Source: Candidatus Scalindua sp. | Lineage (GTDB): Bacteria; Planctomycetota; Brocadiia; Brocadiales; Scalinduaceae | Assembly (NCBI GenBank): GCA_031316235.1 | Contig: JALDRA010000001.1 | Coordinates: forward strand, 780,001 to 812,000 | Direction: 5' to 3' | DNA: 32,000 bases | Part shown: in pieces, positions 27,500 to 32,000 of the stretch | Layout: each line of letters starts with the position of its first letter | Numbering within the stretch: position 1 is the first letter of the stretch | Made by a program: the position numbers and the translations under genes | The notes under the pieces: generated by a model | What the model saw: only the letters and a program-made list of their open reading frames with translations | What the model was told of the DNA's origin: nothing | Database searches by the model: none

Positions 27500-28759
27500 T
27501 CACTTTGTCTTCCTAAAGAGATCGAGCGCAATCTCGTAGCACGGGTCGGGGCGTTTGAACAGGTATTTGCCATGGCGGATCGATGCCAGCACGTCGGCAC
27601 GCCGACGCACAGCCTCGAAGGGCGAATCAGCGTCCAGAACCAGGAAGTTGGCCGGCTTGTTCTCTTCGATGCCGTACTGATCTTCCACGTTCAAAGTCTT
27701 GGCGCCGTTGTAGGTGATCAGGTCCAAGCACTTGTCCAGTTCCTCCAACGACATGATCTGCGCCAGGTGAATGCCGTTGTCCAGAATGTTCATCAGGTTA
27801 CCGTTGCCGGCCGGATACCACGGGTCGTTAATAGAGTCCTGGCCAAAACAGATATTGATACCGCTTTCCCACAGCTCCTTCACCCGAGTCAGGCCACGGC
27901 GCTTGGGATAGGTGTCCTGCCGACCCTGCAGAAAGGCATTCTCGGTTGGCAGCGAGATAAAGTTCAGCCCCGACTGCTGGAACAGACTCATCATGCGGAA
28001 AGCGTAGGAATTGTCCGCCGATCCGAAAGAGCAGGTGTGGCTTGCGGCCGTGCGAGTGCCAATACCTTCGGTCATCACCAGGGCGTTGAGCAGTTCGACG
28101 AAGCGGCTCATCACGTCGTCGGTCTCGTCACAATGCACGTCGATTAGTTTGTCGTACTTGACGGCCAGCTCAACTGTGCGGTGGATGGACTTCTCGCCGA
28201 TTTCGCGGGCCCACTCGAAGTGCGGGATGGCGCCGACACAGTCCGCACCCATCTTCAGCGCTTCCTCAATCATTTCGTCGCCACCCTTGTAGGCGTACAT
28301 GCCCTCCTGCGGGAATGCAACGATCTGAATGGTGACGTTGCCCTTGAGCTGTTCCCGGACTTCCAGCATCGCCTTCAGTCCGGTCAGTTTGGGATCATCC
28401 ACATCGATGTGGGTGCGGATAAACTGGACACCTTTGGAAACCTCTTCCTGGATGCCCTTCAGCGCACGTTCCCTGGCGTCCTCGAGCGTCTGAGTTTTCT
28501 TGACGTCGTGCCAACGGGCGATCCCTTCGAACAGCGTGCCGCTCGTGTTCTTGGCGCCCTCGCTGCGGGCGGTGTAGACGTAATCCAGGTGCAGGTGGGG
28601 ATCCACGTAGGGCGGAACCACCAGACGGCCCCCCAGGTCGATTTCCTCGTCTGCCTTGGGTAAATTTTTGCCGATCTGTTTGATGACACCTTTATCGACC
28701 AGAATCTCGCTGACCTCATCGTGCTGTCGGTAGATTAGAGCATTGGTGAATTTTTTCAT
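27500..28759 (-). CDS. codA: Cytosine deaminase (amidohydrolase superfamily)
   Basis: From memory, it is collinear with E. coli CodA: PPYVDPHLHLD, GTLFEGI, IRTHIDV, IVAFPQEG, GAIPHFE, LIDVHCDETDD, TASHT, TYPKRRG and DPWYP. Hand counts give 41/60 G+C on line 28201-28260 and 33/60 on line 27721-27780. Confidence 0.88.
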   Translation of the reverse strand: MKKFTNALIYRQHDEVSEILVDKGVIKQIGKNLPKADEEIDLGGRLVVPPYVDPHLHLDYVYTARSEGAKNTSGTLFEGIARWHDVKKTQTLEDARERALKGIQEEVSKGVQFIRTHIDVDDPKLTGLKAMLEVREQLKGNVTIQIVAFPQEGMYAYKGGDEMIEEALKMGADCVGAIPHFEWAREIGEKSIHRTVELAVKYDKLIDVHCDETDDVMSRFVELLNALVMTEGIGTRTAASHTCSFGSADNSYAFRMMSLFQQSGLNFISLPTENAFLQGRQDTYPKRRGLTRVKELWESGINICFGQDSINDPWYPAGNGNLMNILDNGIHLAQIMSLEELDKCLDLITYNGAKTLNVEDQYGIEENKPANFLVLDADSPFEAVRRRADVLASIRHGKYLFKRPDPCYEIALDLFRKTK

Positions 28760-28801
28760 GGTTTTCCCCTTGTCGGAGCAAGGGCGTGTTCCTTCTGCAC
28801 C

Positions 28802-30184
28802 TTATGCCGGGTCATCAATTGAGGCCACGCGCACCACCTTTTTGTTTATGAATTCCTGGATCCCCATGCAGGAAAGATTGCGGCCATAACCGGAATCCAT
28901 GATGCCACCGAAGGGCAGTTCCGGCGCCGTCCAGGTGGGTTGATTGATGAAGACCATACCGGTGTTGAGGCGGCTGGCCAGACGTTGGCCGCGCGCAACA
29001 TCGCGGGTAAAGATCGATGCTCCCAAACCAAAATCCGAGTCATTGGCGAGCGCCACGGCTTCGTCCTCGTCCTTGATCCGGAACATCAGCGCAACGGGGC
29101 CGAAGAATTCCTCGCGGTAAGCGGGATTGCCTGGCTTGAGATTCATGAGAATCGTCGCCTCCATGAACGTGCCGGGCCGCTCGATCCGTTTGCCGCCCAG
29201 GACGACCTTGGCCCCACTTGCGACGGCTTGATCTACCTGCTTCAACAATTTAACCAGTGCCCCTTCCGAGGAGACCGGCCCGAGCGTTGTGGTTTCGTCC
29301 ATCGGGTCTCCGGGCGTGAGGGCCGAGAGCGCGGTCTTGAATTTTTCCAGAAACCGGTCGGCCAATTCCTCAACGACAATGAAACGTTTTGCAGCGATGC
29401 AGGACTGACCGACGAGCGTCATTTTGGCCCAGACCGCCCACTCCACGGTTTTGTCCAGATCGGCGTCTTCGAGCACGATAAAGGCGTCGTTCGCCGACAG
29501 TTCCATGGTGGATTTTTTGAGGTTTCTTCCGGCTTGCTCGGCCACGGCCTTGCCAGCTGCCAAACTGCCGGTCAACGCCACACCTTTGATGCGGGGATCC
29601 TCGATCACGCGACTCACCTGATCATGGGAAATGAAAAGGTTGGTGTAAACGCCCGCGGGCGCGCCTGCTTCGAGCCATAACTTTTCAAAGGCGAGGGCGC
29701 ACTGCGGCACGGATTTGGCATGCTTCACCACCACGACGTTGCCTGCCATCAGATTCGGCGCCGCAAAGCGTGCGAGTAAATGGTACGGAAGATTCCAGAC
29801 CTGAATACCGAGGAGCACACCGAGCGGGGCGTTCTCGATCCTGGCTTCACCCGAAAGTGGCTTAAGAGGTTCGGGGGCGAGGAAACTCTCGGCATTCTTG
29901 GCGTAGTAATCGATGACGCCCGCAGTCAACTCCACTTCGCCCTTCGCTTCGGCGATGAGCTTTCCCATCTCGAGAGTCACGAGGCGGGCGAGTTCGTCGA
30001 CCCGTTCACGCATGAGGGAAGCGGCTTTTGCCGCGATGGCTCCACGCTCGGCGAAGGTGGTGAGTCGCCATTTCTCAAAACAGTTTGCGGCGGTTTCGAT
30101 CGCCGTTTCGAGTTGCGCGTCGGTCAGTTGTTCAAACGCCTTCACGGTTTCTCCGTTGAAGGGATTCACAGTTTGGTAACTCAT
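28802..30184 (-). CDS. NAD(P)-dependent succinate-semialdehyde dehydrogenase, Sad/YneI-like aldehyde dehydrogenase
   Basis: A 460-aa ALDH with the catalytic Cys context VGQSCIAAKRF, EEFFGPV and PFGG. Several normally conserved motifs deviate: ELGG is ELSA, WNFP is WNLP and GRE is GRN. Activity is therefore not assured. Confidence 0.75.
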   Translation of the reverse strand: MSYQTVNPFNGETVKAFEQLTDAQLETAIETAANCFEKWRLTTFAERGAIAAKAASLMRERVDELARLVTLEMGKLIAEAKGEVELTAGVIDYYAKNAESFLAPEPLKPLSGEARIENAPLGVLLGIQVWNLPYHLLARFAAPNLMAGNVVVVKHAKSVPQCALAFEKLWLEAGAPAGVYTNLFISHDQVSRVIEDPRIKGVALTGSLAAGKAVAEQAGRNLKKSTMELSANDAFIVLEDADLDKTVEWAVWAKMTLVGQSCIAAKRFIVVEELADRFLEKFKTALSALTPGDPMDETTTLGPVSSEGALVKLLKQVDQAVASGAKVVLGGKRIERPGTFMEATILMNLKPGNPAYREEFFGPVALMFRIKDEDEAVALANDSDFGLGASIFTRDVARGQRLASRLNTGMVFINQPTWTAPELPFGGIMDSGYGRNLSCMGIQEFINKKVVRVASIDDPA

Positions 30185-30259
30185 AATTTTTTCCTTTCGG
30201 GTGGTTTAGCTCAGATGCGGCAATAGTTTCATAGTGATTTCAATTTCTTACTTGTGCCG

Positions 30260-30299
30260 GATGATAGGAATTTGCTTTTTTGAGATTCTGCGATTTTAG
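30260..30299. repeat. Cassette-junction direct repeat R3 (short form, the 40-bp core only)
   Basis: GATGATAGGAATTTGCTTTTTTGAGATTCTGCGATTTTAG is identical to the first 40 bp of R2 and R4. Unrelated sequence lies on both sides. Confidence 0.9.
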
Positions 30300-30327
30300 T
30301 GTTATCTCTCCTCTCTAGTGTTTCTCA

Positions 30328-31323
30328 TTAATTTCTCATTGCTCTTAACTGTGCTGATTGTCTTAGTTTATCTATATTATATTTTTTATATAATTCACTT
30401 GTACTGTAAGCATATTTAATAGTATGAACATTTGTTGAATTAGAGCTGTCTCTAATTATATTATCCCAGGATTTGTTTTCTCCTAAATCCATTGGAACAC
30501 CTTCATTATCTGCTGTTAAAAGATGTGTAATAATATAAGTTGTCATAATATCTAATATATATGAAAAGTTATTAAAATAATCTTCTAATACTAATAAAGC
30601 TTGGAGCCCTGTTATACAGTGGAGTACTAGTATACTGTCTGTCTCATCTAATATAGGCAGTAGTAATTCTAATAAATTAACCACCTTCTCCTCGTTGCTT
30701 CCATCAATTAACAATCCCATTTCCATATATTTGCTGTCATTGTAAAGAGCATGTAACTTTTTACCACGAGATGGGTTGGATTTTAATAATTCAATAATTT
30801 CTCCATTATTAAATACCTTTTCTATACTTTCCAAAAACCGGGAAGGATTTACCTTTTTGTTAAATACACTTCCCTCTCTATAAGCTGTTATATAATAAGC
30901 CAAAGCTCTGGCTACTTCCTCTTCTAGATCTTGATCTAATTTCATACCTTCAACTGCATAGGCTAATCTAATAGTAGTGTGAAATAATCCTGATGATATA
31001 CCAAGAGGATAACTGTTTAATACTTCTGCAATAACTTTTTCTACACCTTTTAATTGAATTTCTTTTTCTATAAGTAATAGACAAGCTTCATACAAATCTC
31101 TTTTCCCTACACATTCAGTTATAGTTTCTACTGGACTAAATTCAACTTTTATCTTGTCTATTCTTCCCGATTTTATATAGCTTTCAGAATATGATGCTAT
31201 TTTTTCTACATCATTTCCCATCATATATAATGCCAATTGACCCATAGGCAAATGATTTACTAGGTCACTTGCATATGGTGAAAAGGTCCTAGCATATTGA
31301 TTTACAACTTCTGAAATTTTCAT
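30328..31323 (-). CDS. DUF4243/questin-oxidase-like protein (tentative)
   Basis: A 331-aa ORF with a GGAGGGAG RBS upstream. The N-terminal pattern ...NHLPMGQLALY... and HTTIRLAYAVEG resemble the questin oxidase-like family as I recall it. It is extremely AT-rich: hand counts give 10/60 G+C on line 30541-30600 and 14/60 on line 31021-31080. Confidence 0.5.
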   Translation of the reverse strand: MKISEVVNQYARTFSPYASDLVNHLPMGQLALYMMGNDVEKIASYSESYIKSGRIDKIKVEFSPVETITECVGKRDLYEACLLLIEKEIQLKGVEKVIAEVLNSYPLGISSGLFHTTIRLAYAVEGMKLDQDLEEEVARALAYYITAYREGSVFNKKVNPSRFLESIEKVFNNGEIIELLKSNPSRGKKLHALYNDSKYMEMGLLIDGSNEEKVVNLLELLLPILDETDSILVLHCITGLQALLVLEDYFNNFSYILDIMTTYIITHLLTADNEGVPMDLGENKSWDNIIRDSSNSTNVHTIKYAYSTSELYKKYNIDKLRQSAQLRAMRN

Positions 31324-31381
31324 AAATACTCCCTCCGATTAGATGAGAGATGATAGGAATTTGCTTTTTTGAGATTCTGCG

Positions 31382-31410
31382 ATTTTAGATAAAATGTTAA
31401 TTAAACACAA
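31382..31410 (-). promoter_or_regulatory. Putative sigma70-type promoter inside the repeat (minus strand): TTGTGT-17 nt-TAAAAT
   Basis: On the minus strand the -35-like TTGTGT is at plus coordinates 31410-31405. A 17-nt spacer separates it from the -10-like TAAAAT at 31387-31382. The same elements occur in R1 and R2. R3 keeps only the -10 and the downstream 34 nt. This rests on a motif match only. Confidence 0.3.
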
Positions 31411-31460
31411 GTGCTTTCTGGGTGTTACGCCCGGCAAAGGGAAGGCGGCCTTGATTGTTA

Positions 31461-31524
31461 TACTCATCTCATAATGGTTTTCGGATAAAATCCGAGATAA
31501 AATTGAGCGGGTATACCTTCACCA
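31461..31524 (+). mobile_element. Hairpin repeat family A, short copy inserted into R4 (MITE/REP-like)
   Basis: It is present in R4 between ...CCTTGATTGTTA and CCAGGGC, which are contiguous in R2. It matches 6108-6199 except for the 28-bp internal block. Confidence 0.75.
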
Positions 31525-31563
31525 GGGCATAATGGAGATCGATAACCGTCACGGCGAAACTCA

Positions 31564-31799
31564 GTATTGATGGCTCGACGGGGTCAGCCAGTGGAAGAAC
31601 AGAGATAAACGCCTTTGATTGGCCCGTAGTGAAAACATTGACCTCATAGTAGCATAGTAGTCGGTACCCCCATGGAAGCACGGGACTTGGCACATGTAGT
31701 GCTTGCTGGGAACACACAGCAACGCAGGTTGTGCGCAAAGCCTGGATTCCGGTGTTGACGGTACCCGTTCGCACACAAATTTGCGGTGGCTGTACGGGA
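31564..31799 (-). ncRNA. Candidate structured non-coding RNA or structured rtcB 3' UTR (unclassified)
   Basis: There is no credible ORF here; the two track ORFs look like nonsense. Nested hairpins are dense on the minus strand: CCCGT..ACGGG enclosing CGCA..TGCG just after the rtcB stop; GCGCA-CAACC-TGCGT; AAGCAC..GTGCTT flanked by CCC..GGG; and TGGCT-GAC-GGG-GTC-AGCCA at 31571-31590. I recognise no known RNA family. Confidence 0.3.
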
Positions 31800-32000
31800 T
31801 TACCCCTTGATAACAGCCAGGGGCTGCAACTCTATTTGCACCTCAACCAGGTCGGTCTGATTTTGCATCACCTCATCGATATCTTTGTAGGATTCCGGTG
31901 CCTCATCCAGATCCGAGCGGCGGCGGATGCCGTGCAAAATTCCGCTTTCATCGAGGGATTTTACCACCTCCTTCAAGTCCAGCGTTTTGCGTGCCCGGGC
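31800..32000 (-). CDS. rtcB: RNA-splicing ligase RtcB, C-terminal 66 aa; the N-terminus lies beyond the right edge
   Basis: My own translation gives ...GILHGIRRRSDLDEAPESYKDIDEVMQNQTDLVEVQIELQPLAVIKG*. The ...EAP.AYKDID.VM...DLVEV...L.P...IKG C-terminus is characteristic of RtcB. Confidence 0.8.
   Translation of the reverse strand, partial: ARARKTLDLKEVVKSLDESGILHGIRRRSDLDEAPESYKDIDEVMQNQTDLVEVQIELQPLAVIKG

Larger units (their letters stand above)
31349..31563. repeat. Cassette-junction direct repeat R4 (long form, contiguous with the rtcB-downstream tract; carries a hairpin-element insertion)
   Basis: It matches R2 across ~155 bp, with about six differences concentrated in the right half. 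A 61-64 bp family A element at 31461-31524 interrupts it. To the right it continues into unique sequence where R2 has the intron. Confidence 0.9.

Noticed and set aside
27572-30226. Long plus-strand ORFs at 27572-28147, 28181-28663, 28940-29680 and 29780-30226. Similar antisense ORFs lie within mrp (for example 19418-19798 and 21719-22093).
   Set aside because: They are antisense shadow ORFs, typical of GC-rich coding regions. Their translations are low-complexity and Arg/Gly/His-rich, while the opposite strand encodes well-recognised proteins.
31371-31403. A dif/Xer-type site inside the repeat. AAATGTTAATT resembles the XerD arm TTATGTTAAAT, and the R3 homology ends near the would-be central region.
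   Set aside because: The putative XerC arm matches only about 5 of 11 positions. The spacing does not fit 11-6-11 when the conserved TGCG is aligned. The resemblance is confined to one AT-rich arm.
31349-31440. A sigma54 (RtcR-type) promoter in the repeat, considered because of the adjacent rtcB.
   Set aside because: No TGGCAC-N5-TTGC arrangement occurs on either strand. The nearest resemblance (AAAGCACTTGTGTTT) lacks the GG dinucleotide.
23372-31563. A classical integron, with the four repeats acting as attC sites.
   Set aside because: I could not find the paired R''/R' core sites (RYYYAAC ... GTTRRRY) or an overall imperfect palindrome in the unit. No intI gene is in the window. The repeats lie at the 5' side of the genes rather than the 3' side. 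Only the general cassette analogy is kept.
23372-31563. A CRISPR array.
   Set aside because: There are only four copies, of unequal length (40 to more than 155 bp). They are separated by 1-5 kb of protein-coding sequence rather than by 25-50 bp spacers.
31469-31776. Minus-strand ORFs of 101 and 71 aa downstream of rtcB.
   Set aside because: The translations look like nonsense and no RBS is present. One reads straight through the inserted hairpin element, so they are treated as non-coding.
31530-31800. tmRNA (ssrA) as the identity of the rtcB-downstream RNA. The plus strand contains GGCTCGACGGGG, reminiscent of the tmRNA 5' region, and a possible ...ENIDLIVA* tag-like reading.
   Set aside because: There is no GGGG acceptor 5' end and no T-arm/GGTTCGA-like element. 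There is no ...CCACCA-type 3' end on either strand. The orientation implied by the fixed repeat edge (minus strand) is also opposite to the plus-strand motif.

Overview
The window reads as an origin-proximal chromosomal region of a roughly 40% GC bacterium; the taxon cannot be established from sequence alone. The first ~23 kb is ordinary core genome: mnmE (partial), a cyclophilin-like protein, glyS, a XerD-like recombinase, a phosphomannomutase with a Cys-rich N-terminal extension, an AT-rich region with DnaA-box-like 9-mers followed by dnaA, a PilZ protein, acsA, an HGD-D family protein, a PHP phosphoesterase, a NYN/OST-HTH protein, MarC, and a complete, GC-elevated mrpABCDEFG antiporter operon. 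From 23.37 kb to the right edge the region becomes accessory. Four near-identical direct repeats share the 40-mer GATGATAGGAATTTGCTTTTTTGAGATTCTGCGATTTTAG (long form ~155 bp). All four begin at the same left base but have different right ends. They separate cargo blocks of very different base composition: a very AT-rich RIC/ScdA gene next to a pirin gene; a GC-rich codA plus sad/gabD pair attached to a mosaic of gene remnants; and a very AT-rich DUF4243-like single-gene unit of 1049 bp. Each repeat lies just upstream of a minus-strand gene or operon and contains a plausible sigma70-type promoter. The most complete copy runs into a ~235-nt ORF-free, hairpin-rich tract directly downstream of a partial rtcB. 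Another copy is interrupted by a 5'-truncated group II intron at a position that is intact in the full copy. I interpret this as a non-canonical, integron-like cassette accretion locus or a serially used attachment site. No recombinase for it is visible in the window, and assembly chimerism must be excluded. Two small hairpin repeat families (REP/MITE-like) are dispersed in intergenic regions, and one copy is inserted into the cassette repeat.
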